Assembly (NCBI RefSeq): GCF_009914755.1
Contig: NC_060925.1
Source of the DNA: the human T2T-CHM13v2.0 reference genome, Homo sapiens
DNA: 64,000 nucleotides
Reading direction: 5' to 3' (one strand)
Shown: one piece after another, positions 17,381 through 31,894 of the stretch
How the letters are laid out: every line of letters starts with the position of its first letter
Position numbering within the stretch: position 1 is the first letter of the stretch
Notes under the pieces: model-generated
The model's database searches: none
Seen by the model: the letters and a program-made list of their open reading frames with translations, nothing else
What the model was told of the DNA's origin: nothing
Program-made: the position numbers and the translations under genes

Positions 17381-18061
17381 CTAAAACCGTAACACAAGAA
17401 GTCTGTCAGCTAAAACATGAAAATAAATCCAGATACACCTTGCCTTCTTTGAGGAGGGTCAGGCAGGACATATTAATAAGCTGACCCCATTTTATCCTAA
17501 AAGCAATAGAGAGCCATCACAGGATTTTAAGCCAGGGAATAGCCTAATAGGGTCTACGTTTTTATGCAGTCAAGAAAAATGTGTTGAGTTGCACTGGTTT
17601 GCTGTTCCAGAGCCCTGGAGGTTAAAATCAGCTTTGCCTCTATTGAGTTGTGTGGTCCCTTTTTATTGGATCAGAACAAGGTTTTGCAGTATTGGAGACC
17701 ATACTATAGTGGCACTTAAGTAGACTTTATTTGGCATTACTATTAAATTGGCCAGGTGCAGTGGATCACGCTTGTAATCCTAGCACTTTGGGAGGCTGAG
17801 GCAGGTGGATCACCTGAGGTCAGAAGTTCAAGACCAGGCTGGCCAACATGGTGAAACCCCGTCTCTACTAAAAATACAAAAATTAGCGAGGCATGGTGGT
17901 GCACACCTGTAATCCTAGCTACTCGGGAGGCTGAGGCAGGAGATTCACTTGAACCCAGGAGGCAGAGGTTGCAGTCAGCTGAGATTGCACTACTGCACTA
18001 CAGCCTGGGTGACAGAGCGAGACTCCATCTCAAAAAAAAAAAAAAAAATTACGTCACATGA

Positions 18062-18421
<360 letters not shown>

Positions 18422-20360
18422 TAGAGGATTTAAAACCTATCTTAATGCCTCTAATGCTTTCCAAGTTCCCCTCCTTTTAAATATTTTCACAGTTTGCATT
18501 GACAAATGAAAAATGAAAGGAATTTTCCATTTGAAGTATCATTGAAGAGTCTTTTTTTTTTTTTGGAGCTGGGGTAGCAGGGAGAAGAGTCTATTTTTAA
18601 ATAAACTTAATTGCATAAAGCAAAATGAGTGTATCGTCTTAAGGAAAACTTGAGTTAGACATTCCTTAGGTCATAAGCTGGTGGCAGTTTGTCCAGGAAG
18701 CCCCGCCTCCTAATTTCCAGACATGTGTTCCTTACACAATCACTCTAAATATTTAAGCATGTCTTTTTAATTGTTTATTAGATTAACTTTCCCTCGGCAA
18801 AGAGAGATACTCCTCCCAACTACCATCCCTAGTATATTCTTGGCCCTGGAAAAGCCCTGCAATTAAAGACGCCAAGAACATACCTACGGTCAACAAAGTT
18901 GAGTCTGTTGCACAGAAGAGAGCAAACCACGGGGAACCGTGGGCATTTGAGTGACAGGGTGTTAGGAAGGGCTTGTTCCAGGATTTGGGTTTGTATCAGG
19001 TGACTGAGGGGAGGGTTAAGGATGTGGATTGGGTACTGTCAGAAAGCAGGGGCTTTCTACAATTAGGTATCTTAGATTTTTTTTTTTTTTTTTTTTGAGA
19101 TGGAGTCTCGCTCTGTCGCCCAGGCTGGAGTGCAGTGGTGTGATCTCGACTCACTGTAAGCTCCGACTCTCGGGCTCATGCCATTCTCCTGCCTCAGCCT
19201 CCCGTGTAGCCCGCCAGCACGCCCGGCTAATTTTTTCTATTTTTAGTAGAGACGGGGTTTCACCGTGTTAGCCAGGATGGTCTTGATCTCCTGACCTTGT
19301 GATCCGCCCTCCTCGGCCTCCCAAAGTGCTGGGATTACAGGCGTGAGCCACCGCACCCGGCCCAGTATCTTACATTTTTATATAGGAGGCAGAAGTAACG
19401 GAGTGAGACTAATGCTGTATTTGTTAATAACAGTCACTGGTGTTAGTCAGAAGAAAGAAATATGTGGTCATTCTTGTAATTTGAAAAGTCTTCTTTGTTT
19501 TGTCTCACTACAACAGTCAGAGTGATTTTGGGATTTTGTGAAACCATGGCCTAGCTGTCAGGTCACTCCATGGTGAAACAGGGGCTGCTTTTCTCTTTCT
19601 CTGCTCCAACTGCAGCAAGCTATTTGCTGGACTCTTATCCCTAATACAAATTCTCTTTCTTTGAATTTGTTCCCTTTGCTTGGATATCTCTTTCTCTAAC
19701 TCCTTTAGTTGTCTGGCTTTCAAACAGTAGTTTAGGTGTCACCTACTACATGAGGCACCCCCTGGAGACCCACAAACTGCATTCCTCTCTCCTCCTCTGC
19801 ACCTCCAGGGCACTTAAACATCAGATTCCCTATCAACTGGCTGAACTACCACACTGTAGACTTTCAAAAGTTTGCCATTTTTTTTATTTTCTTTTTATTC
19901 TTTTCCCCCAGAAGTCCCAAAAACAGATGATTATTTTCTTTTCACTCAAACAGATTCTGACAGAAGATTATTATTTTTTAAAGTGAACCAGGTCTCTTAC
20001 TGACACTAGACAAGTTTCTTCCTGTCTCTAGCTCTACATATTTCCCTAGGTAAAATGAAGAATTTGTTGGAATCACGGAGCAGGGAGGTTGTTAGTAATG
20101 GAGACTCCCAAACCTAACCCAGATACATTAAATTGGATGTGGGTGGGAGAGGGGCTGGAGTGAACAGTTATATTTTCAAATGTTCTCAGAATGATCCCAA
20201 TGTGCTGCCAGGGTTGAGTACCACCGAACAGAGCTTTCCTCTCAGATGATCCTGCTCTGTTGGTCTGTCAGACGCAGTGGTGTGGCTTCCTCGTCCCCTC
20301 TACAAAAGCGCACAGGCTTGGCCAGATGACGGATCTAAGCCGGCCTCCAAGACTACTCAC

Positions 20361-20468
20361 CCGCATCAGGTGCAGCTCCCGGAATTTGCGCAGTCTCTGT
20401 TCGCGCTTCTGAGCGGCCAGCTCCGCCGCCGCAGCGAGGGACCCCTCCTCCGCGCTGTCCACCAGCAC
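20361..20468 (-). CDS. SYF2: SYF2 exon 2 (VLVDSAEEG...RELHLMR)
   Basis: CAG acceptor and CGG|GTGAGT donor; 108 nt; peptide visible in ORF 20268..20477. Confidence 0.97.
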
Positions 20469-20700
20469 CTGCGACAAGGAGAACTGGCTTCAGGCAGAGC
20501 CGGCTCAGCTTCTCCCAGGACTGCCCAGGCCGAGTCCCCGCCGGTCCCCACAGGCTGGGCCTAGGGCCTCCACCGCCGACTTGACCCCACAGTGTCTGAG
20601 CCTCCCTGAAGCGAAACTAGACTTCGCCTCCACCTCTCTCCAGGCCGCTCCCCGGAACCCTCACCAACAAAACCCCCGGTGTACGGTGGGTGGAACTCAC

Positions 20701-20724
20701 CTCGGATGCAGCTATAGCCGCCAT
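20701..20724 (-). CDS. SYF2: SYF2 pre-mRNA splicing factor, coding exon 1 (MAAIAASE)
   Basis: ATG at 20724; GAG|GTGAGT donor at 20700. The seven exons join to 732 nt = 243 aa + stop, matching the SYF2/p29 protein as I know it. Confidence 0.96.
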
Positions 20725-21037
20725 CACAACCTTTCTCTCTTCCCACTTCCGGCAACAAGATAGAGCACTTCCGTCAACCTTCAGACAAACGGGCCGATAC
20801 GTACGAATGGGCTACCATAAGCCCCGCCCCTTCCGGGAGGTCTCCGGAAGTTGGGACCCTTTTAGCTATGAAATATTTTGGATTGCGTAGGGTCTTGCGC
20901 AGCCGCGAAAAGTAGCGTGGGCCAGGACAGCGGGAGGTAAGTCGCCAAGAAAAGGGTTGGGAAGAGCTCAGAATCGGACGGCTAGGAAGAAATGACCAAA
21001 AGGAGCCTGATAGCCCCCTATTCTGCACGCTGTTCCT

Positions 21038-21771
21038 GGAAACCGCCTTTGCAAAGACAGTGAGAGAAATCTAACATGGCTCACTCCATCTTGCTTCTAG
21101 CCTCGCAGGCCGGCTGTCTTCGCTCATTCCTGGGCATAAACCAAGCTAACCATGGGAGAATTTATAGTTTAACTTTTAAGCAAGGATGATCATAGTCCCT
21201 TCCTTAAACAGGGCCCCTCCTTGTTTGGGGGCTGAAACTGCCTTTATAAAACTAATGAAAGACCGGGAGGTTAGGATTATGAGGGGAGAATTCTGCTAAA
21301 ATGTAGTAAACGATAACCAGCCATTGTTTCGGAGGACATCGGATGTGTAACTTCCCCAATTATTCCTGTAGATAACGTTATCGTAGCACCTAAGATTGGT
21401 CTTTTGAGGCATTTTTCAGACTTTCGCATTCTGGCAACTAACTGACCCCACCCAGACTCGTGACCCATGACCCAACCGCTTCTTCTGTCCCACTCCTCCC
21501 CCAAGAGGCGGACTCAGCTGTTGAGGAGTGTAGTCCACACCCCTGTGATTGCATCTCCAACCAATCAGCAGCATCCATTCCCTAGTGCCCTGCCCACACC
21601 AAACTATGAAATACCCTAACCTCTGAGCTGACCCTTCAGGAAAACTTACTTGAGTGGTAACCCTTCTTCCCTGAGGCCAGCCTCAGGTTAATACAACTGT
21701 ATACTGCAGTAGCACTTTTCAGTGAATTGGTTTTGTCTGCAGTAAGCAGGAAAAACCTGCAGTGCCATTCA
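21038..21771 (+). mobile_element. LTR8-family ERV1 solo LTR next to the SYF2 promoter
   Basis: GAAACCGCCTTTGCAAA...CTCCATCTTGCTTCTA matches the LTR8 5' end. The 3' end is approximate. Confidence 0.7.
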
Positions 21772-22740
21772 TTCCCATGAGTGGAAAGTTCTTTCCATTT
21801 AGAGCTTAAGGTGTTGTCACTTTCTCCAAGAAGCAGGTCTTGCCCTTGGCCTGGTGTGGTGGTTCATGGCTGCAATCCCAGCACATTGCGGGGCGGAGGC
21901 GGGAGGATTGCTTGAGCCCAGGAGTTCAAGACCAGCCTGGACAACAAAGTAAGAATCAGTCTCTAAATTAAAAAATAAAAGTAATTTTTTTTTGTTTTTT
22001 TGTTTTGAGACAGAGTCTTGCACTATCACCCAGGCTGGAGTGCAGTGGCACCGATCTCGGCTTACTGCAACGTCCGGCTCCCGGGTTCAGACGATTCTCC
22101 TGCCTCAGCTTCCCGAGTAGCTGGGATTACGGGTGCCTGCCACCATGCCCAGCTAATTTTTGTATTTTTAGTAGAGATAGGGTTTCACCATGTTGGCCAG
22201 GCTGGTCTCGAACTCCTGACCTCATGATCTGCCCACCTCAGCCTCCCAAAGTGCCGGGATTACAGGCATGAGCCACTGTGCCTGGCCATAAAAATAAATT
22301 TTTAAAAATAGAAGCAGGTCTTCCCTGACTACCCTGTCTCACTTTTAGTACTGTCATTTGACACTATTTTAATTCTCTCCAATTGCATAAGTTTTATTTT
22401 TGTCTGTTGATTTTCTATTTTTCTCATCAGCGTTATTACTGGAGAACAGCAGAGTCCACCCATCTTGTTTACTCTTACATGCTCAGCAGAGAGGCAATGC
22501 CAGAATTACTAACAGTGCTAAAGTTACTAAGATAAGTAAGGTGCTGGATATAAGAGGAATATATGAAAATTATTTTTTTCTGCACTAACAACTACTAGTT
22601 AGATACAGAAATGAAAAAGTAGGCCAGGTGCAGTGGCTCATGCCTGTAATCTCAGTACTTTGGGAGGCCGAGGCGGGCAGATCACGAGGTCAGGAGATCA
22701 AGACCATCCTGGCTAACACGGTGAAACCCCATCTCTACTA

Positions 22741-22950
<210 letters not shown>

Positions 22951-23371
22951 CTAGGTACAAAATTTAAATGGTAACATAAAAATAAAAGATAATTTGAAGT
23001 AAATTAAATCTGAATAAATGGTGGATAACCTATTTTCTGGTTGGAAGACTTAATATTATAAAAACAATATCACAAAGGAGTATCGCAAATGAGTTTATAA
23101 ATGTCATGTTATTCCCATCAGAACCTCAGTGGGTCATTGTTTTTGTTTTTTGGAACTGGAAAATAATGTGGCAAAAATCTTAGAAGTTCAATAACACATT
23201 GTGTTGATGAGACCGAAGAAAAATGAATCCTACACATATTGCTGGTAGGACTAAAAATTGATTGAACCCCTAGGGAAGACAATTTGGCAATATCTGTAAA
23301 AATTAAGGCATTTACTCTTTGACTCAGCTATCATAATTCTGGGAATTTATGTTACAGATACAATTACACAT

Positions 23372-24268
<897 letters not shown>

Positions 24269-24315
24269 TCACACCTGTAATCCCAGCACTTTGGGAGGCC
24301 AAGGCGGGTGGATCA

Positions 24316-24576
<261 letters not shown>

Positions 24577-24749
24577 TTATTGGGGAAGAGTAGTGCTTAC
24601 ATCCTTCTTATTTTACTGTTATTAAGAATCCTGGCTGGCACGGTGGCTCAAGCCTGTAATCCCAGCACTTTGGGAGGCCAAGGCAGGAGAATCCTTTGAG
24701 CGCAGGAGTCCAAGACCAGCCCTGGCAACATAGCGAGACCTCATCTCTA

Positions 24750-24911
<162 letters not shown>

Positions 24912-27462
24912 CTATTCCTGCCAGTAAAATTGGGCTCTATATTACCAATTTGTTTATATTGCAAATTAAAATCTGCAAGTCTGGACTTAAAAAAATGGAA
25001 ATGTTTGTAATTAACTAAAGTTTCTGGAAGTGATAAGCAGTATAGAAAGGAAAGATGTGTGGTAAAAATTGCTCAACTGATTTTGTAAGGATTTATTAAG
25101 AGTATTCACAGGATTTTCAACATTGCTTTTCTGTGCAATATGATAATTTGTGTGATTTTTAAAAACTGGGCTGGCTACAGTGGCTCACGCCTGTAATCCC
25201 AGCACTTTGGGAGGCCGAGGTGGGTGATTTGCCTGAGCTCAGGAGTTTCACACCAGCCTGGTCAACACAGTGAAACCCCGTCTCTACTAAAAATACAAAA
25301 AATTAGCCAGGCGTGACTGCGTGCGCCTGTAGTCCCAGCTACTCGGGAGGGTGAGGCAGGAGAATCACTTGAATCCAGAAGGCGGAGGTTGCAGTGAGCT
25401 CAGATGGCGCCACTGCACTCCAGCCTGGGCGACACAGCAAGAGTCCGGCTCAAAATAAAACAAACAAACAAAAAAAAAACTGTTATGAACTGTATCATTT
25501 CTCTATTGTGGCATAACAAATCATCCCAAAACTTGGTACCTTAGCACAAATATTATTTTATTATTATCTCTCATAGGTCTGAGAATTGGTGTGGTTCTCA
25601 CACAGGGTCTCTCATGCAGTTGCAGTCAGATTAGGGGCTGGGGCTGGAATCATTGTAAAGGTTTCCTCACTCAGAAGTCTTGTGGTTGATGTTGGCTGTA
25701 GGCCTGAACGCCCACACCTGGCCTCTCCATTGGCCTGGACTTCCTCAAAGCATGGGGGCTGGGTTTTAAGAACAAGTATCCCAAGAGAACTAGGTGGAAT
25801 CTGTTTCACTTTTTATGACTTAGTCTCAGAATTCACAGTGTCACTCCCTCCATAGTCACAGATTCAAGGATTAGGGATACAGACTCTACTTCTAGATAGA
25901 AGGAGTGCCAATGTTACATTGTAAGACTAGCACATAGAATGGAAGATCTTCCAGCATCTAGAAAAATTCAATTAGACACATCACTTGTTCTGTTCTTTGT
26001 TAATAAATATGTATAAATATAATTTGAACAGACTTCTTATAAGACTCCAATTTTTTAAATTGTTGCCATGTCCTGTTGAAAAAGAATTTGTGCTACATAT
26101 TTTCTGTCTGCCCTGTTAGAACTACTCTCCATTGGTCTCCATGTTCTGTGTCCCTGAGTGCTAGCCTGAATGAACTGCATCAGTAAACTCTCTTGCCCTC
26201 TACCTTCTTGGGTCCTGCCAATGCACAGTACCTACATAAGATCAGAGGTTTGGAAGAAATGAGGTCAAGGTATTTATTCCCTGGCTGGATTACGGATTTG
26301 GTATATTTCCGTAGTCACCGCTTATGTCTGAAGACTATCTTCTATCCCTCCTGTCTCAGCCTCCCGAGTAGCTGGGACTACAGGCACCTGCCAACATGCC
26401 CGGCTCATTTTTGTATTTTTAGTAGAGACAGTTTCACCTTGTTGATCAGGCTGGTCTCAAACACCTGACCTCAGGTGATCCACCCGCCTCGGTCTCCTAA
26501 AGTGTTGAGATTACAGGCGTGAGCCACCGCGCCCGGCCTAACCCTATACTTTCTGGATTCCCATTGCTGCTCCCTTCTTTTGCCTCTTTTGGGGTAGTAG
26601 TAGTGAGGGATCCCCCTGTTGATAGCGCTGGTATGCTTCACTCTGGTTGGTTTTTCTTACCCAGTCTACAACTTTGTAAACAGTCCCTTTATTAAGCTCT
26701 CCTTAATTACTTAGCATATGTAAGCCTAGTAACATAACTTTCAAAACCTGTAATTCTGATAAGTGATCTTACTGAAAATAATTTTATAATTGACTTTATT
26801 TTTAAAAGACAGGGTCTCATTATGTTATTTAGGCTGGTTTTGAAATCCCAGCCTCAAGTGATCCTCCATCCTCAGACTCTTCCTCTGAGTAGTTGGGATT
26901 ACAGGCATGAGCCACCATGCCTGGTTTATAATTGACATTTTTGTATTCTTAAAGAATGTAAATACCTGTAATATTGCTCTATCAAATCATCTATAACATA
27001 GAGAAAATTCCTGTTACTCTGCTATATTTGCTTTTTTTTTTTTTTTTTTTTTTTTTTTTGAGACAAGGTCTTGCTCTGTTGGCTAGGCTGGAGGGCAGTG
27101 GCACAATCTTGGCTCACTGCAACCTCTGCCTCCTAGAGGATACTCCCATCTCAGCCTCCCGAGTAGCTGCGACTACAGGCACCTGCAACTATGTCCGGCT
27201 AATACTTCAATTTTGAGGGGCTGGCAGGGTCAGAGGTAGGGGACGGGGTCTTGCTCTGTTGCCCAGGCTGGTCTTGAACTCCTGGGCTCAGGTAATCCTC
27301 CCACCTCAGCCTCCCAAAGTGCTGGGATTACAGGAGTAAGCCACAGTGCCTGGCCAAATATTTGCTATTTTAATAGAGGTTAAGAAATGTCTCATTTAAA
27401 TTAACTACATTAGGCCGGGCTCAGTGGCTTATGCCTGTAATCCCAGCACTTTGTAAGGCCTA

Positions 27463-27690
<228 letters not shown>

Positions 27691-27969
27691 TCAAAATTTG
27701 GGGTTCAAAAAAACCCCAAATTAACTACATTAAACAAGCAACTCCACACTTATGTAATTACATGTATGTAAGTGCTGCAAAGAAGAAAATGTAAAAATGT
27801 ATGAAGAGCTGTAACAGAGGAAACTGACTTTTAAAGTGGTGAGCTGGCTTCCCTAAAGAAAGGCATTTAAGGAAATCTGAGGAAGGAGAGGGATAGTCTG
27901 CCTTCAGAGTTTTGTTTTTGAGATAGGTCTCACTGTCACCCAGGCTGAGAGGCTGAGATCATAGCTCAC

Positions 27970-28480
27970 TGCGTCCTCGCGTCTCCAGCACAGGTCCGGG
28001 TTTCTCCACCCAATGCGCCTGCGCACAGGCCTAGCCCAGTCGGACGCAGCCCAGGACTGCCAGGGGTGGGGATTGCCTGGGTCCCCCAGGAAGGGCCGGG
28101 TTACGTCCGGAAAAGTGAGGCCCGGGGTTCCAGTTAATTGTTACCGGAAGTGGAGGGAAGCGTTGCCAGGGGAGGGCGGAGACTGTGGCTGACAAGATGG
28201 GTGGCAGGCCCTTCCCTGGGGGTATCGAGGTAGGGACGTTTGTGGCTACGTCTGTCCTAGAGGAGGAGACGATGCCAGGGGAGAGGGAGACGCAGACACT
28301 GGGACTGGGTCGCCAGCAGAGGGCCTCGGAAGCCAAGCCACCCCGTCTGAAGACGCTTCTCCTTACGGAGCCCAGAAGCGCGAACGGAGACTGCGCAGAT
28401 CCCGTGCGCTGCGCCGGAAACGGATGCATAGTCTCGGACACCAGCTCAGACCTGCCGCCTGGCCAGGTCCGTGCGCGTTT
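27970..28480. promoter_or_regulatory. Orphan CpG-rich promoter-like element between SYF2 and RSRP1
   Basis: CCAAT at 28010; NRF1-type TGCGCCTGCGCA 28014-28025; ETS ACCGGAAGTG 28143-28152; GC box ~28170; YY1-like CAAGATGG 28193-28200. Confidence 0.7.
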
Positions 28481-29349
28481 GTAGTTTGTAAAGAAATGTT
28501 CTAATGTGTATATTTCCACGTTTATCTGTATATTATTCACTTGGGTTGTCTTCTGTTTGTGTTTAATGTGAAGCCTAGAGTTGACCTTGGGAGCTTCAGA
28601 GGTAGGGTGCTAATTTTTCTTGCAAGCTATGTAGGTAGTGAAAGGAAGGTGACAATGACTACAGGAAATTCACCCTAGTCCCTCTTCTTCCCCAGAAGTG
28701 GTCACAATTACAGGTGCTTTCCTGTTCCACGCTCTATTGCATAGCCCAGGTGCATTTATGGGAACAAAACCATGGAGATAGACACTGATCTTTAATAACA
28801 TTCTGTAAAATGCCATCCTTCAAAAACCAAATATCCTTGTAAGAAAGTTAAAACATTTGGTGAAACTATTATTTTAGGCCAGGCACAGTGGCTCACGCCT
28901 GTAATGCCTACACTTTGGGGGCGCCGAAGCAGGAGGACTGCTTGAAGACCAGCCTAGGGTAACAGAAATCCCACTCATCTTTACCCCCAAAAAATTAGCC
29001 AGGTGCGATGGCATAAGCCTGTATGGTAGAGGCTGTGGCAGGATTCCCTGAGCCCTGGAGTTCAAGGTTGCAGCAAGCTGTGACTGTGCACTACAGCCTG
29101 GGTGATGGAGCAAGAAACCCCTTCTCTAAAAAATAAAGTGTCTATAAAAATCAGTCTTACTTAGACCAGCTGTCAAGATTCTCCAGTTCATAAAGTGTAA
29201 TACCCACTTAAAATTTTATGTGCTTAACGGTCAGGCGCAGTGGCTCACGCCTGTAATCCCAGCACTTTCGGAGGCCGAGGCTGGTGAATCCCCTGAAGTC
29301 AGGAGTTCCAGACCAGCCTGACCAACATGGACAAACCCCATCTCTACTA

Positions 29350-29484
<135 letters not shown>

Positions 29485-29595
29485 TCAAAAAAAAAAAAAA
29501 AAAAAAAAAAAAACGTGCTTCATATTCTTCCCAGCCGGGTGCAGTGGCTCACACCTGTAATCCCAGCACTTCGGGAGGCTGAGCAGGGTGGATCA

Positions 29596-29868
<273 letters not shown>

Positions 29869-29955
29869 TTATTTAGAATACTTTGGCCGGGTGCAGTGGC
29901 TCACACGTGTAATCCCAGCTCTTTGGGAGGCCAAGGCGGGTGGATCACAAGGTCA

Positions 29956-30152
<197 letters not shown>

Positions 30153-30528
30153 TTAGAATGCTTTTTTAAAAGCATAATAATTTTAACTATACCTCAGATT
30201 TTACAGCTTAATGAGGCATTCTATTCCTCCTCTTTCTGGCTTAGTTTCTTGCCTTGAAGCCCAGTATTCCATAAATTTTTTAGGGCAATTTTTCAAGTTG
30301 AAGTATTGACCTCAGTTGGGAATATTGTTAAAATTCAGTTTCTAATTCAGCAGGTCTAGGGTAGGGACTTGAGATTCAGCATTTCTCAAAATCTCAGGTA
30401 GGGCCAGTCAGCCTTGGACTTGGGATTAACAGGGCTTTAATCAACACACACCACCTTATATCTCTACATTAAATAAAGATCCATTAGGTTATATATATAC
30501 AATAAAGACTAAGAATGAAAACAAGAAA

Positions 30529-30534
30529 TTTATT
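30529..30534 (-). terminator. RSRP1: RSRP1 candidate poly(A) signal AATAAA
   Basis: TTTATT on the plus strand ~320 nt past the stop codon. Confidence 0.65.
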
Positions 30535-30849
30535 AAATATACAAAACAGGAATACAGTTCAATTACTGTGTCTAAAAAATTTCATTTTTACATAACCAAG
30601 ACAATATTTACAACTATATACAAAAGACTCCCACCTGTGCATAACCTTTGGTCCATCTGTGCTATCTCTCATATCTGCAAGAGAAACCTAAAATGTTAAT
30701 ATTTGAGTGTTAAGTATTTACATCTTTTTGTGTTGGTTTTTAAATGCACAAGTACCCCTGAATGGCTCAAAGGGATGGGATAATGCTAGAAACACTAACT
30801 TGCAATAAAGTGCAGTTTTCATGCAAACTTAGCCATCAGTTTTCTTCTT

Positions 30850-30966
30850 TTAGATAGGTATCCACAGTCCATATGGACTTTTTTTCTGATCTATTTTTGG
30901 TGATCTTGAAGATGCCTCTTCTGTGGCAGCTTTAGCTGATTTTTGTATTGGCTTTGCTACAGAATT
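30850..30966 (-). CDS. RSRP1: RSRP1 last coding exon ([10 protein letters not shown]...[11 protein letters not shown])
   Basis: TTTTACAG acceptor; conserved C-terminal PYGLWIP; TAA at 30850-30852. Confidence 0.95.
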
Positions 30967-31810
30967 CTGTAAAAGAACAAATTCAGTCAGCTTCCCAAAC
31001 ATACATTGTACACTTTTTTCACAAAAAAAAGTACATTAAATAATCCCATGTATGAGCCTTAGAGATATTATCAATTGCTGGGCGCGGTGGCTCACGCCTG
31101 TAATCCCAGCACTTTGGAAGGCTGACACGGGCGGATCACGAGGTCAGATGTAGACCATCCTGGCCAACATGGTGAAACCCTGTCTCCTAAAAATACAAAA
31201 ATTAGCCGGGCGTGGTGGCATGCGCCAGTAGTCTCAGCTACTCGGGAGGCTGAGGCAGGAGAATCGCTTGAACCCAGGAGGCAGGCAGAAGCTGCAGTGA
31301 GCCAAGATTGCACCACTACACTCCAGCCTGGGCAACAGAGCAAGACTCTGTCTCAAAACAAAAAAAAAAGGATTATCAACCAAACACATAGTGTGAACCT
31401 TAATTGTAGCTTGATTCAAAAAGTGAAGTGAAGATACTGGGGCAGCAGGGAGACACTGGACATACACAAGATACACAAGGTATAATGATTTTGAGGCTTC
31501 GTTTTTGAAACTCTTATTTTAAAACATTGTGATTAAGGAGTATTCTAAAGATTTCCCTTTAAAATATTTCAATAAAAAAGGGGGGACACTTAAAAGAATG
31601 GCAAAATATCGGAACTAACGTGAATGTTATATATATTACAAACCCATTATAATGGCCACTTATAAAAGTGGCTCAAAAACAAATGATTTTAATTCTATTT
31701 AAAAAGTGTGTCAGTAGGCCCCCAACTATCACCACAAAGATAAAAACACAAAGATGCAAAAATACATCCTAAATCCAATTTTTGAGTGTTCAATGCCTGG
31801 ATATACTTAC

Positions 31811-31894
31811 ATTAGAGCTAAAAGCTATGCTTCTTTGCTGGGTAGGTTTTCCATTGGGATTTCGAGTTCCATCTTCTGTTACCTTTTCCGACAG
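31811..31894 (-). CDS. RSRP1: RSRP1 exon 4 ([28 protein letters not shown])
   Basis: CTAG acceptor and AAT|GTAAGT donor; 84 nt. Confidence 0.94.

Larger units (their letters stand above)
20330..20960. promoter_or_regulatory. SYF2: SYF2 CpG-island promoter, probably bidirectional
   Basis: CpG-rich; several ETS/GABPA cores (CACTTCCGG ~20744, CACTTCCGT ~20766, CCGGAAGT ~20844); GC box GCCCCGCCCC 20821-20830; E2F-like GCCGCGAAA ~20902. Confidence 0.85.

Noticed and set aside
28031-28540. 169-aa and 99-aa ORFs over the orphan CpG island
   Set aside because: No recognisable homology or exon chain; explained by GC content.
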